A stretch of DNA of 64,000 nt from an uncultured Collinsella sp. (GCA_902493125.1 CABUOF010000001.1:1461-65460); one strand, 5' to 3'. Positions 9,317 through 19,166 are shown, counted from the stretch's first letter. Translations and numbers: made by a program. The notes: generated by a model from the sequence alone, not told the origin.

Positions 9317-10023
9317 AAATCCTTGCCATAGCCGATACCGAAGAACGATGCCTTTGGGAGTGCTTTCGCAAGGAACGCTTTGAGGGAGTCGACCTGATTT
9401 TGTCCGCCGGCGATCTGGACCCGGACTATCTTGAGTTTTTGGTCACGGTCATCAACAAACCGCTCATCTACGTGCGCGGCAATCACGATGACCGCTACGC
9501 ACGTCATGCACCGGGCGGATGTATCTGCGTTGAAGACAGCGTGTACACGTACCGAGGGATTCGCATTGCGGGCCTTGGCGGGTCCATGCGTTATCGCGAC
9601 GGCGCCAACATGTACACCGAACGCGAGATGTCCAAGCGCATGCGTAAGCTGTCGCGTAAGGTTAGGATGGTCGGCGGGTGCGACATTCTGCTTACCCATG
9701 CACCCGCCGCCGGTATGGGTGATCTGGACGATCTGCCGCATCGAGGATTCGAATGCTTTAACACAGCACTCGAATCCTGGAATCCCGACTACATGGTGCA
9801 CGGGCATGTGCACCAAAGCTACGGTTGCGATTTTCAGCGCGAGCGTCAGCATGTGTGTGGAACGACGATCATCAACGCCTGCGGCTATACGCAGTTTGAG
9901 CTCGACCAGACGCACTACCCCATCCGCGGCTGGCAAGCAGCCTGGCTCAACTCACAAACCATGCGCCGCGAGCTCAAACGCCACGAAGCCATCGAGTCCT
10001 CAACAGCCAGAACACCCTGGTAA
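9313..10023 (+). CDS. Metallophosphoesterase (calcineurin-like)
   Basis: Motifs ILAIADTEE, SAGDL, VRGNHD, LLTHAP and VHGHVH. Its ATG overlaps the stop of the upstream gene (ATGA). Confidence 0.8.
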   Translation: MKILAIADTEERCLWECFRKERFEGVDLILSAGDLDPDYLEFLVTVINKPLIYVRGNHDDRYARHAPGGCICVEDSVYTYRGIRIAGLGGSMRYRDGANMYTEREMSKRMRKLSRKVRMVGGCDILLTHAPAAGMGDLDDLPHRGFECFNTALESWNPDYMVHGHVHQSYGCDFQRERQHVCGTTIINACGYTQFELDQTHYPIRGWQAAWLNSQTMRRELKRHEAIESSTARTPW

Positions 10024-10148
10024 CCACCACAAAGAGGACACTGTCCCCTTTGTGGTGCTTTTGACGCGATAGCAAGAAACCCGGTCCTGCACAAGGCAGA
10101 ACCGGGTTTCTTTAGCAATGCTTGCTGTACTCAGGCAGTAACTAGCAG

Positions 10149-10856
10149 TTACTCAGCCAGGAAGTCACGCTGGACAGCGGGATCGACCTTGACGCCAGGG
10201 CCCATGGTGGAAGACACGGAGATGGACTTGACGTACTTGCCCTTAGCAGAAGAGGGCTTGACGCGCAGGATCTCGGTGTACAGGGCAGCGTAGTTCTCGA
10301 CGAGCTGCTGCTCAGAGAAGGACTTCTTGCCCAGGGGCACGTGGCAGATGCCGTAACGGTCGGCGCGATACTCAACGCGGCCGGCCTTGAGCTCGGAGAC
10401 CATCTTGGCAACGTCCATGGTCACGGTGCCGAGCTTGGGGTTCGGCATGAGGCCACGGGGACCAAGGATCTTACCGATGCGGCCAACCTTGGCCATCATG
10501 TTCGGCGTAGCGATAGCGGCGTCGAAGTTGATCTCGCCCTTCTGGATCTGGGCGACGAGCTCGTCGGAACCGATGATGTCGGCGCCGGCAGCCTCGGCCT
10601 CGCGGGCCTTCTCGCCCTCGGCGAAGACGGCAACACGAACGGTCTTGCCGGTGCCGTGGGGCAGGGAAATGGAACCACGGATGTTCTGATCAGCCTTACG
10701 AGTATCGATGCCCAGACGGAAGTGGGCCTCGACGGTCTCGTCGAACTTGGCGGTGTCGAGCTCCTTGATGAGCTTGGCAGCCTGAAGGGGGGTGTAGAGC
10801 GTGGCGCGGTCGATCTTCTCGGCAGCGGCGTTATAGCTCTTACCATGCTTAGCCAT
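10149..10856 (-). CDS. rplA: 50S ribosomal protein L1
   Basis: [17 protein letters not shown]...[14 protein letters not shown]...[12 protein letters not shown]. Start taken at the second ATG. Confidence 0.95.
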   Translation of the reverse strand: MAKHGKSYNAAAEKIDRATLYTPLQAAKLIKELDTAKFDETVEAHFRLGIDTRKADQNIRGSISLPHGTGKTVRVAVFAEGEKAREAEAAGADIIGSDELVAQIQKGEINFDAAIATPNMMAKVGRIGKILGPRGLMPNPKLGTVTMDVAKMVSELKAGRVEYRADRYGICHVPLGKKSFSEQQLVENYAALYTEILRVKPSSAKGKYVKSISVSSTMGPGVKVDPAVQRDFLAE

Positions 10857-10973
10857 GTGCATTACCTCCTGTGGTTAAACGGGCGTGAGCCCTCCCACAT
10901 CGTATCGTGTGCCCTATTGCACACATATAACGGGTGCCCCGGTCGGAGCACCCGTCATTACCTAAAGAAATCG

Positions 10974-11402
10974 CTACTCAGCGATGGTGACGCCCATGGA
11001 GCGGGCGGTACCGGCGATAATCTTCTTGGCGGCGTCAATGTCGTTGGCATTGAGGTCCGGCATCTTGATCTCGGCGATCTTGGTGAGCTGCTCCTGGGAG
11101 AGCTGACCAACCTTGTCGGCCTGGGGCTTAGCGGAACCAGACTTGAGGTTCAGCTCCTTCTTGATGAGGTGAGCCGCCGGCGGGGTCTTGGTGATGAAGG
11201 AGAAGGACTTATCCTCGTAGACAGAGATCTCAACGGGGATGATGTCGCCCTTCTTGTCCTGCGTCTCGGCGTTAAAGGCCTGGCAGAACTGCATGATGTT
11301 CACGCCAGCAGCGCCCAGGGCGGGGCCGACGGGAGGAGCGGGGTTTGCTGCACCAGCAGGAATCTGGAGCTTAATGACGTTGGCAACCTTCTTCTCAGCC
11401 AT
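10974..11402 (-). CDS. rplK: 50S ribosomal protein L11
   Basis: [30 protein letters not shown]... Confidence 0.95.
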   Translation of the reverse strand: MAEKKVANVIKLQIPAGAANPAPPVGPALGAAGVNIMQFCQAFNAETQDKKGDIIPVEISVYEDKSFSFITKTPPAAHLIKKELNLKSGSAKPQADKVGQLSQEQLTKIAEIKMPDLNANDIDAAKKIIAGTARSMGVTIAE

Positions 11403-11522
11403 GGTCATTCCTTTCGAATCACGAGTGTGAAGTACTTGCTATATCGTAAGCACGCACGTGTTAGAAGCACTCCTGAGATGAGCAGTCACAGAAGAAGCAC
11501 GCTCGCGCGAACGGACGAAAAC

Positions 11523-12059
11523 TTAAGCGATGACAGCGACCTGGTTAAAGTCGAGCTCGACCGGCGTCTCGCGGCCAAAGATCATCAGCGTGACCTTGAG
11601 CTTGCCAGCCTCGGTGTTAACCTCGGAGACCTTGCCATCAAAGTCGGTAAGCGGGCCATCGGTGACGCGGACGGACGTACCGACCTCAATATCAACCGAG
11701 GTGCGCTTGGGCGAATCGCCCTTACCGGGACGACGAGTCATCTTGTTGTACTCGTCGCGGGAAAGCGGAGCGGGCTTGCCGTTGCCGCCTAGGAAACCGG
11801 TGACGCCAGGCGTGTTACGAACACACGTCCAAGCATCGTCATCCATCTCCATGCGGACCAGGACATAACCCGGGAAGATCTTGGAATCCTTGGTCTCACG
11901 CTTGCCACCCTCTTTAATCTCGGTGACGCGCTCCATAGGAATCTCGATATCAAAGATACGGTCCTGCATGCCCATAGTCTCGATGCGATGCTCGAGATCG
12001 GACTTAACGCGGTTCTCGTATCCAGAGTAAGTGTGAACGACGTACCAACGCTTAGACAT
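11523..12059 (-). CDS. nusG: Transcription termination/antitermination factor NusG
   Basis: [21 protein letters not shown]... NGN domain plus a KOW domain, in the conserved secE-nusG-rplKA context. Confidence 0.95.
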   Translation of the reverse strand: MSKRWYVVHTYSGYENRVKSDLEHRIETMGMQDRIFDIEIPMERVTEIKEGGKRETKDSKIFPGYVLVRMEMDDDAWTCVRNTPGVTGFLGGNGKPAPLSRDEYNKMTRRPGKGDSPKRTSVDIEVGTSVRVTDGPLTDFDGKVSEVNTEAGKLKVTLMIFGRETPVELDFNQVAVIA

Positions 12060-12062
12060 GGT

Positions 12063-12401
12063 TTAGCCCCTCAATCCAGAGAACAGAGCAAGAGCCTCGC
12101 CAAAGCCAGCATCGAGCAGAGCGATGACGACGCCGACGACGATCAGAGAAGCGCAAACAACAACCGAGTAGTTCACGAGCTCCTTCTTATCGGGCCACGT
12201 GACACGCTTCATCTCGGACTTGACCGAAGCGAAATACTTCTTGGTGCGGGCGAAGAAACCAGGCTTCTCGTTCTTCTTGGACTTCGCAGCCTTCTCGTTC
12301 TTCTTGGCAACGGCCTTCTTGGCCTCAACCTTGGAGTTGGCGGCAGCTTTGTTGGCAGGTGCCGGCTGCTGAGCCTTCTTCTTGTTCTTCTTGTTGGCCA
12401 T
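12063..12401 (-). CDS. secE: Preprotein translocase subunit SecE (Lys-rich N-terminal extension)
   Basis: C-terminal KSEMKRVTWPDKKELVNYSVVVCASLIVVGVVIALLD, located between tRNA-Trp and nusG. Confidence 0.85.
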   Translation of the reverse strand: MANKKNKKKAQQPAPANKAAANSKVEAKKAVAKKNEKAAKSKKNEKPGFFARTKKYFASVKSEMKRVTWPDKKELVNYSVVVCASLIVVGVVIALLDAGFGEALALFSGLRG

Positions 12402-12477
12402 TTGGGTTACCTCCGCGCAATGCGCTTATACATGAGTAAACCGTAAGCCCCCAAGTGGGAGCTTACGGAATAATGAC

Positions 12478-12553
12478 TGGCACGCCAGGAAGGACTCGAA
12501 CCCTCAACACTCGGTTTTGGAGACCGATGCTCTACCAATTGAACTACTGGCGT
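12478..12553 (-). tRNA. tRNA-Trp (CCA)
   Basis: Cloverleaf found by eye. Anticodon loop CTCCAAA, acceptor ACGCCAG/CTGGCGT, encoded CCA. Confidence 0.9.
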
Positions 12554-12566
12554 ATGTGACTAGAGA

Positions 12567-12716
12567 CTAGCGAGTCTCTTTGTGCAGCGTGTGGTGACGG
12601 CACCAGGGGCAATACTTCTTGATCTCCATACGATCAGGCATGGTCGACTTGTTCTTGGTGGTCGTATAGTTGCGGCGCTTGCACTCAGTGCACGCAAGAG
12701 TAACTAGAGTACGCAT
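12567..12716 (-). CDS. rpmG: 50S ribosomal protein L33 (Zn-ribbon form)
   Basis: Hand translation gives [49 protein letters not shown] (49 aa), which is below the ORF-track cutoff. Confidence 0.9.
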   Translation of the reverse strand: MRTLVTLACTECKRRNYTTTKNKSTMPDRMEIKKYCPWCRHHTLHKETR

Positions 12717-12931
12717 GTATCCTGAACCTTTCATTTCCGCCCCGTACGGGCACGAGTTGTTACTTTATCAGCTCCACGTAAGTGCTGTCAATGAAAACCT
12801 CGAGTCAATTGGTTCTCGGTGGATCCATTCATATTTGGAACACATCAATGAAGCCATCGAGAGCTAATCGACGGTGCATCCAGGACCATTATCGATCCTC
12901 TCGACACCAGCAACGGCTCAATATCCATTGC

Positions 12932-12968
12932 AGAAAAGAACCCGGCACCCATATAAGTGCCGGGTTCT
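12932..12968 (-). terminator. Rho-independent terminator after tuf
   Basis: 12-bp stem AGAACCCGGCAC / GTGCCGGGTTCT with a T-run on the minus strand. Confidence 0.75.
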
Positions 12969-12995
12969 CTAAGTCAGCTATATCAAAGAGCTAAT

Positions 12996-14186
12996 TTACT
13001 CAATGATCGTGGAGACGATGCCCGAACCGACGGTGTGGCCACCCTCGCGGATAGCGAAGCGCAGGCCCTCCTCCATGGCGATCGGGTGGATGAGGTCGCC
13101 CTCGATGGTGATGTGGTCACCAGGCATAGCCATCTCGGTGCCCTCGGGGAGCTTGACCGTACCGGTAACGTCGGTGGTACGGAAGTAGAACTGAGGACGA
13201 TAACCATCGAAGAACGGGGTGTGACGGCCGCCCTCCTCCTTGGTCAGAACGTAGATCTCGCCGGTGAACTTGGTGTGCGGGGTAACCGAACCGGGCTTGC
13301 AGAGAACCTGGCCGCGCTCGATGTCCTCACGCTTGATGCCGCGGAGCAGCAGACCGACGTTGTCGCCAGCCTCGCAGAAGTCCATGGACTTACGGAACAT
13401 CTCGATACCGGTAACGACGGTGTTCTGGGTATCCTTGATGCCGACGATCTCGACGGGCTCGTTGAGCTTGAGCTCACCGCGCTCGACACGGCCAGTAGCA
13501 ACGGTACCACGGCCGGAGATGGTCATAACGTCCTCAACGGCCATCAGGAACGGGAGGTCGTTGTTACGAGCAGGCGTCGGGATGTACTCGTCGACGGCCT
13601 TCATGAGCTCGCGAATGGCGTCCATCCACTTGGCGTCGCCCTCGAGAGCGCCCAGAGCGGAGCCACGGATGACGGGGATGTCGTCGCCGGGGAAATCGTA
13701 CTCGGAGAGGAGCTCACGGGTCTCCATCTCGACGAGGTCGATGAGCTCGTCATCGTCGACCATGTCGCACTTGTTCAGGAAGACGACGATGTAGGGAACG
13801 CCGACCTGACGGGCGAGCAGGATGTGCTCGCGGGTCTGAGCCATGGGGCCGTCGGTAGCGGCGATGACCAAGATAGCGCCGTCCATCTGAGCAGCACCGG
13901 TGATCATGTTCTTGATGTAGTCAGCGTGGCCCGGGCAGTCAACGTGAGCGTAGTGACGGGCAGCGGTCTCGTACTCAACGTGGGAGACGGAGATCGTGAT
14001 GCCGCGCTCGCGCTCCTCGGGAGCCTTGTCGATGTTCTCGAACGCAGTGAAGTCAGCCTTGCAGCCCTCGGTCTCGGAGAGAACCTTGGTGATGGCAGCG
14101 GTCAGCGTGGTCTTGCCGTGGTCGACGTGACCAATGGTGCCGATGTTAACATGCGGCTTAGTGCGCTCAAACTTCTCTTTGGCCAT
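12996..14186 (-). CDS. tuf: Elongation factor Tu
   Basis: [31 protein letters not shown]... The upstream extension in the ORF track is rejected. Confidence 0.97.
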   Translation of the reverse strand: MAKEKFERTKPHVNIGTIGHVDHGKTTLTAAITKVLSETEGCKADFTAFENIDKAPEERERGITISVSHVEYETAARHYAHVDCPGHADYIKNMITGAAQMDGAILVIAATDGPMAQTREHILLARQVGVPYIVVFLNKCDMVDDDELIDLVEMETRELLSEYDFPGDDIPVIRGSALGALEGDAKWMDAIRELMKAVDEYIPTPARNNDLPFLMAVEDVMTISGRGTVATGRVERGELKLNEPVEIVGIKDTQNTVVTGIEMFRKSMDFCEAGDNVGLLLRGIKREDIERGQVLCKPGSVTPHTKFTGEIYVLTKEEGGRHTPFFDGYRPQFYFRTTDVTGTVKLPEGTEMAMPGDHITIEGDLIHPIAMEEGLRFAIREGGHTVGSGIVSTIIE

Positions 14187-14282
14187 AAAGCCCTCCTCTA
14201 AACAGGTCGTCCCCGGACGGGACTTTGCCTTTATACCATAGTGGCCTCTCAACATACTATTGAGAAGCCACCGTGTTACCTA

Positions 14283-14359
14283 TGGTAGCGGTGACTGGAT
14301 TCGAACCAGTGACGCCACGGGTATGAACCGTGTGCTCTAACCAACTGAGCTACACCGCC
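14283..14359 (-). tRNA. tRNA-Met (CAT), elongator type (Ile2/lysidine not excluded)
   Basis: Anticodon arm CACGG-TTCATAC-CCGTG. Positions 1 and 72 pair as G-C, so it is not an initiator. CCA is encoded. Confidence 0.85.
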
Positions 14360-14362
14360 GGA

Positions 14363-14438
14363 TGGAGCCTGCAACCAGACTTGAACTGGTGACCTCTTCG
14401 TTACCAACGAAGTGCTCTACCGACTGAGCTATACAGGC
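14363..14438 (-). tRNA. tRNA-Thr (GGT)
   Basis: Anticodon arm CTTCG-TTGGTAA-CGAAG. CCA is encoded. Confidence 0.9.
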
Positions 14439-14446
14439 ACTTGACG

Positions 14447-14530
14447 GGTGGGAGCTATAGGATTCGAACCTATGTAGGCAGAGCCAACGGGTTTACAGCC
14501 CGTCCCCATTAACCACTCGGGCAAACTCCC
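14447..14530 (-). tRNA. tRNA-Tyr (GTA), long variable arm
   Basis: Anticodon arm ACGGG-CTGTAAA-CCCGT, acceptor GGGAGTT/AGCTCCC. The exact 3' end is uncertain by 2-3 nt. Confidence 0.88.
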
Positions 14531-14887
14531 AATCGTTCAAGTATCCGCAGGTCCTTTGGTCTTTTGGACCGCCGCCCCCGCGAACGAAAAAGATAATACG
14601 ATGCAACCTTGGGGGCTGTCAACGAAAACCTCTTGATACACGGTGCCGGGCGTATCTATATAGCTGTGACCTGCGGTTTTGTTGAGTTTGGATATGAAGG
14701 ACGGTGGTTTTGGATACTGAGGTGACGTTTCCCGAGGTAACACTTTGGTGTAGTGGAGTACACCTTCAGGATCGAACTTCGATAACGGCTTATTTGCACC
14801 TATATATAGGTCGAGATCGGGCTTCCACGCCACGATCGAGCGTGGATTATCTCCCACTTTTAGCGCGGCTCTAAGGCCAAAGTGGCA

Positions 14888-14920
14888 GATTATCCACGTT
14901 CATTCTCCAGGCGAGAGAAC
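14888..14920 (+). repeat. Left copy of imperfect direct repeat bounding the beta-glucoside island
   Basis: AGATTATCCACGTTCATTCTCCAGGCGAGAGAA compared with TAATTATCCACGCTCGTTCTCCGGTCGGAAGAT at 18938-18970. They share a 10-bp perfect core, ATTATCCACG. Confidence 0.6.
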
Positions 14921-14933
14921 TGTAAAGCCGCAA

Positions 14934-15806
14934 CTACTCGGACCAGGCCAAAGTAGACCCATAGAGCGGCTCCCCCTTGGTGCAGGGGTAGCGACTCAAG
15001 TAACACGACGATAGCAAGTCGAAAAAATAAGTCATGGCGTATTTCGAATAAACGCCGAGTCGGTCAATTCCGTTTCCCGCATTACCAAGACGATATACAC
15101 GGTCAAAAGACCTCGATTTGTCATCGTTGCTAAACGCAGTAATTAGAATCTTCCTGCCCGAACGGCAATCAAGATACTCACGCGCCTGTGACGCAAATAG
15201 CCCGGAGACCGATACGAGAATTATCAATGACTGCGAAGCGTCTCCCATGTTTTTCAATTCCGCGACGTTAGCCCCAGCAACTATGCGAACTATCTTGCCC
15301 GCATAAAACATTTCCTGCTGAAATCGTACGAGATTGGCGCTCACATTATTGGTGCACCAGATTTCAACGTTTTTATGGCCATCAATTTCGTCGACAAGAT
15401 GCTTAATAGCGATATCGGACACGCCGCTTTCAACCTCAGCGAACATCTCGATCATGCGAACGTCGAGCTCTGCCCTGTACTCCTCGTAGCCAAATTCCTC
15501 CTCTCGATGGCTTAAGTCGCTTGGAAAGACTGACTGAGTAAATGATTCTTTCAAATCGCTAAGAGACTGGTAGCCCAATCGATTGCAGAAACGACGAACA
15601 GCGGAACGGGTCACGAATGCATCGCGGGTTATTGCGGCAACATTGATTTCGCTCGAACGCCTAATGTGAGCGATGAGATATCGAGCGATGGCGGCATCGT
15701 TTGACCCAAACTCGCTGTTGATGATGGAGCTAATGCGATTGAGCACATCGAAGTCATTGATATTCACGTGATCCCTCTTTCCGCTCTCCTCGAAATCATG
15801 ATTCAT
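14934..15806 (-). CDS. RpiR/MurR-family transcriptional regulator (HTH_6 + SIS)
   Basis: IARYLIAHIRRSSEINVAAITRDAFVTRSAVRRFCNRLGYQSLSDLKE followed by a SIS-like C-terminus. Confidence 0.85.
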   Translation of the reverse strand: MNHDFEESGKRDHVNINDFDVLNRISSIINSEFGSNDAAIARYLIAHIRRSSEINVAAITRDAFVTRSAVRRFCNRLGYQSLSDLKESFTQSVFPSDLSHREEEFGYEEYRAELDVRMIEMFAEVESGVSDIAIKHLVDEIDGHKNVEIWCTNNVSANLVRFQQEMFYAGKIVRIVAGANVAELKNMGDASQSLIILVSVSGLFASQAREYLDCRSGRKILITAFSNDDKSRSFDRVYRLGNAGNGIDRLGVYSKYAMTYFFDLLSSCYLSRYPCTKGEPLYGSTLAWSE

Positions 15807-15817
15807 TTATTGAATCA
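15799..15817. promoter_or_regulatory. Palindrome TGATTCA-N5-TGAATCA in the rpiR/GH1 divergent region (third half-site at 15840-15846)
   Basis: Perfect 7-bp inverted repeat overlapping the rpiR start codon. Candidate operator. Confidence 0.4.
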
Positions 15818-15918
15818 AACAGCTTTGGTCGTTCTCCTATGATTCAAATCAGTTGACGTCATCTTAATCATAATTCCGCCACACGTATCCACCGTGTTGA
15901 ATGATGGAAAGGGGATTC

Positions 15919-17337
15919 ATGGGCAACGTGAACAACATGCCGTTTCTCTGGGGTTCCGCCACGGCGTCTTATCAGTGCGAGGGTGCCTGGAACGAAGACG
16001 GCAAAGGCCTTGGTGAGTGGGATTTTTTTAGCCACACAAGCAATAAGAACATCAACCATGTTGACGGTGATGTATCTTGCGACTTCTACCATCGCTATGA
16101 AGAAGATATCCGCATGATGAAAGAAGGCGGACAAAACACCTATCGCTTCTCTCTTTCATGGAGTCGAATCATCCCCACCGGTATCGGCAAAGTGAATGAA
16201 GAGGGTATCGATTTTTATAATCGGGTCATTGATTGCTGCCTCGAAAATGGCATAGAGCCCAACGTTACGCTGTTCCATTACGATCTGCCATTCACGCTTG
16301 CTTGCAAAGGCGGATGGCTGAACAACGACATGGCAGAGTGGTTCTGCAAATACGCCAAGATTTGCTTTGAGCGCTTTGGAGACCGCGTCAAAATCTGGGC
16401 TACCGTTAACGAGCCGCATTTCTACAGCTACTGCGTAAACATGTTGGGCAACTATCCCCCCAATCGATCGCTCGATGTTCAGTCGTACATGCAGTTTCAG
16501 TACAACCTGATGCGCGCAAGCGCACTCGCAGTCCGAGCATATCGTCAAATGGGCTACGACGGCATCATCGGCGCCGTCCACGATGGCGGCGTTGTCGAAC
16601 TCGACCCGGCAACCGAGCACCCCGATGACGTATTTCGATACGCAGACTTTTTCGCCAATCGCATGATTCTGGCACCAGCGCTTCAGGGTCAACTGCCGCC
16701 AGAAATGGACGAAATCCTTGAAAAACTTGGCGTCTCGCTCTATCGATCCCCAAATGACGTAGAAGAATTCAGCGACGGTAAAGTCGATTTTATTGGACTC
16801 AACGTGTATTGCCGAGAGTATGTAACCGACTGGCACGGTGGAGAGCTTGCCGTTTCGGCGAACAATAAGGGCGGTTCGAGCAAAAAGGTCGAAGGAAAAT
16901 GCATTGCGCCCTTGTTTGAAAGCGCCCGCGACAGCAATGTTCCCCGCAATAAATGGGGCCGCGAAATACTCCCAAGTTGCATGTATTCAACCATCATGGA
17001 TGTCCACGAGCGCTATGACGCGCCCCGCATCTTTATTACGGAAAACGGACATGGCGCCTATGAGCAACCAGACGCAGACGGAATGATCCACGATGATGAC
17101 CGCATCGAGCTTCTGGGCCAGTTCATCGAGCACATGATGAGGGCTAAGCGCGACGGCGCGCGCGTTGAGGGCTACTACCTCTGGTCGACGATGGATCTGT
17201 ATAGCTGGATCAACGGCTACGAAAAACGATACGGACTTGTCCATATCGACTTCGAGAACAATCTGGAGCGCACCCCCAAAAAGAGCTGGTATTGGTACCG
17301 AGACCTTATCTCGAAGTATCAGGAGCAGGAAGGTTAG
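15919..17337 (+). CDS. Glycoside hydrolase family 1, 6-phospho-beta-glucosidase-like
   Basis: FLWGSATASYQCEGAW, TVNEP and ITENG catalytic motifs. Start taken at the ATG after AAAGGGGA. Confidence 0.9.
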   Translation: MGNVNNMPFLWGSATASYQCEGAWNEDGKGLGEWDFFSHTSNKNINHVDGDVSCDFYHRYEEDIRMMKEGGQNTYRFSLSWSRIIPTGIGKVNEEGIDFYNRVIDCCLENGIEPNVTLFHYDLPFTLACKGGWLNNDMAEWFCKYAKICFERFGDRVKIWATVNEPHFYSYCVNMLGNYPPNRSLDVQSYMQFQYNLMRASALAVRAYRQMGYDGIIGAVHDGGVVELDPATEHPDDVFRYADFFANRMILAPALQGQLPPEMDEILEKLGVSLYRSPNDVEEFSDGKVDFIGLNVYCREYVTDWHGGELAVSANNKGGSSKKVEGKCIAPLFESARDSNVPRNKWGREILPSCMYSTIMDVHERYDAPRIFITENGHGAYEQPDADGMIHDDDRIELLGQFIEHMMRAKRDGARVEGYYLWSTMDLYSWINGYEKRYGLVHIDFENNLERTPKKSWYWYRDLISKYQEQEG

Positions 17338-17346
17338 GAGAAAGAG

Positions 17347-18747
17347 ATGAAATATCAGGCAATGTCCGAAACAGTCCTAAAGGCTGTTGGCGGCAAAGAG
17401 AACATTACATCGGTAACTCATTGTGCGACGCGCCTTCGCATCGACGCACGAGACACCTCGATCATCGATCTCCAGCTCGCCAAATCGGCCGACCAGGCGC
17501 TCGGGGCAGTAGTCAGCGGTGGCCAGCTTCAGGTGATCATCGGCCCCAACGTCACCGAGGCTTACAACGACTTCCTCGACTTCGCGGGAATCGAAGTCGG
17601 CGGTGGCACGGTTGCCGACGATGCCCAAACCGCCAAAGACCTTGCAGAAGGCATTAAAAGCGGTAACACCGCCATGGGCTTGATTGAGAAATTCGGGAAC
17701 GTCTCTGCACAGGTATTCATGCCCATCGTCCCGGCGCTCATCGTTGGCGGACTCATTCTTTCGATCAAGAATCTCCTGGTCAATTATTGTGGATTGAGCA
17801 CCGATAGCGGAACCGCCCAGGTTCTGCTGGCGATCTTCAGCGCCTCATTTAGCTTCCTGCCCGTTTACCTCGGCTATCAGCTCGCCGCCGTCATGAAGAT
17901 GCAGCCTATCATGGGCGCACTGCTGGGCGCAATCATGATTAGCTCGTCTATTAGCGGTGCTGAGGGTCTCGACTTTCTTGGCATCCCCATCCCGACGAAT
18001 GACTACTCGAGCACGGTGGTGCCAATCGTACTGGGCGTTGTGTTCATGTACTTTGTTGATCGCGGTCTTCAGAAAATCATCCCCGACATTACCAAACTGT
18101 TCTTGAAGCCGCTGCTCACCATGTTCATCGTCGTGCCTGTTGAGCTGATTATCCTCGGCCCCGCCGGCAGCATGATGGGCTACGCGCTGAGTGATGCCGC
18201 CACGTGGCTCATGGATAACGTGGCATTTATCGCTACTCCAATCCTTGCAGCCCTTAACCCCTATTTTGTCATGCTCGGTCTTGATAAGGCCTACATCGCG
18301 ATCGAAGTTACGAGCTTGGCGCAGCTCGGCTGGGCGCCCATCATCTTTGGCTTCATCTCAAACCTCTGCATTGGCGGCACGAGTCTCGCCTTGGCAACTG
18401 CAATGAAAGGCAACAAGGAGAAGAGAGGTATGGTCACCACGGTTGCCGTCACCGCACTCTGTGGCGTAACTGAGCCCGCATTTTATGGCTGCCTCATCGA
18501 GCGTCCCCGCCTGCTTGTCGGCACGGCAATCGGCGCCCTCTGCGCGGGACTCCCTGCAGGTATCTTCGTCCTGAAGGAGTATGTTGCGGGAGCATGCCCC
18601 GGTCTTCTTTCTGCGCTGATCTTTATCGCTCCCGATGGATCCATGGGCAACTTCGTACTGGCGTGCGTTGTCGCCGTCATCGCCATCGTCGTCTCGTTCA
18701 TCGCTGCACGCGTGATCATCAAGAAGAATCCCAACTATATTGAGTAG
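17347..18747 (+). CDS. PTS EIIBC component (Glc/beta-glucoside family), no EIIA domain
   Basis: EIIB motif NITSVTHCATRLRI followed by a polytopic EIIC domain. Confidence 0.9.
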   Translation: MKYQAMSETVLKAVGGKENITSVTHCATRLRIDARDTSIIDLQLAKSADQALGAVVSGGQLQVIIGPNVTEAYNDFLDFAGIEVGGGTVADDAQTAKDLAEGIKSGNTAMGLIEKFGNVSAQVFMPIVPALIVGGLILSIKNLLVNYCGLSTDSGTAQVLLAIFSASFSFLPVYLGYQLAAVMKMQPIMGALLGAIMISSSISGAEGLDFLGIPIPTNDYSSTVVPIVLGVVFMYFVDRGLQKIIPDITKLFLKPLLTMFIVVPVELIILGPAGSMMGYALSDAATWLMDNVAFIATPILAALNPYFVMLGLDKAYIAIEVTSLAQLGWAPIIFGFISNLCIGGTSLALATAMKGNKEKRGMVTTVAVTALCGVTEPAFYGCLIERPRLLVGTAIGALCAGLPAGIFVLKEYVAGACPGLLSALIFIAPDGSMGNFVLACVVAVIAIVVSFIAARVIIKKNPNYIE

Positions 18748-18849
18748 ATGCCCGCTGCTTGCATTGGGGACATCCTCGGCAGACCATTAGCAAGAACCCA
18801 AGAAGTCCCTTAGGAGCTCGATTAATCCATTCGGATTCCTCAGGCACAA

Positions 18850-18889
18850 ACGACCCCGATTCCACAATGAAATCGGGGTCGTCGTTTCT
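18850..18889 (+). terminator. Rho-independent terminator after PTS gene
   Basis: Stem ACGACCCCGATT / AATCGGGGTCGT followed by CGTTTCT. Confidence 0.65.
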
Positions 18890-18937
18890 AAAGCCTTCGA
18901 TAGACAATCGGTGTTTACCTTAGCTCCCTATCCAAGT

Positions 18938-18970
18938 TAATTATCCACGCTCGTTCTCCGGTCGGAAGAT
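18938..18970 (+). repeat. Right copy of imperfect direct repeat bounding the beta-glucoside island
   Basis: See 14888-14920. A further ATCCACGCTCG copy lies at 18994-19004. Confidence 0.6.
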
Positions 18971-19039
18971 TTTCTTCGCTCGCGTGTCCAGAAATCCACG
19001 CTCGAGCAGAACATCCAGGTCCGCACCCGCCCTTGTCTC

Positions 19040-19166
19040 GATCTGTAACAGCAAGAGGCCTATTCCGCTTCTACATGTTACAGATCAAGATATTCCTAAA
19101 ACACCCTAAGTTTCATCTCAATCTGTAACAGTTAGATGCCAAATATCGGTCTTGGTGTTACAGATT
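19040..19166. repeat. Two tandem hairpin units with identical 10-11-bp arms (ATCTGTAACA...TGTTACAGAT) and unrelated 25-nt spacers
   Basis: Unit 1 arms are 19040-19050 and 19076-19086. Unit 2 arms are 19120-19130 and 19156-19166. The period is 80 bp. Confidence 0.8.

Noticed and set aside
12717-12995. Small ORFs (65-70 aa, + strand) in the AT-richer spacer between tuf and rpmG.
   Set aside because: They have no RBS or motifs and are antisense to the operon direction. The region more plausibly holds the tuf terminator (12932-12968) and the rpmG promoter.
14537-14857. 106-aa ORF on the minus strand next to tRNA-Tyr at the island edge.
   Set aside because: It has a GTG start without an RBS and no recognisable motif. 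It covers repeat and hairpin sequence. I treat it as non-coding, although a small island-border gene cannot be excluded.
14837-19004. TTATCCACG / ATCCACGCT motifs as DnaA boxes, and hence a replication origin.
   Set aside because: They differ from TTATCCACA at the last base. They are few and widely spaced, are not next to dnaA/dnaN or an AT-rich unwinding element, and sit at the borders of an accessory island. An oriC is unlikely.
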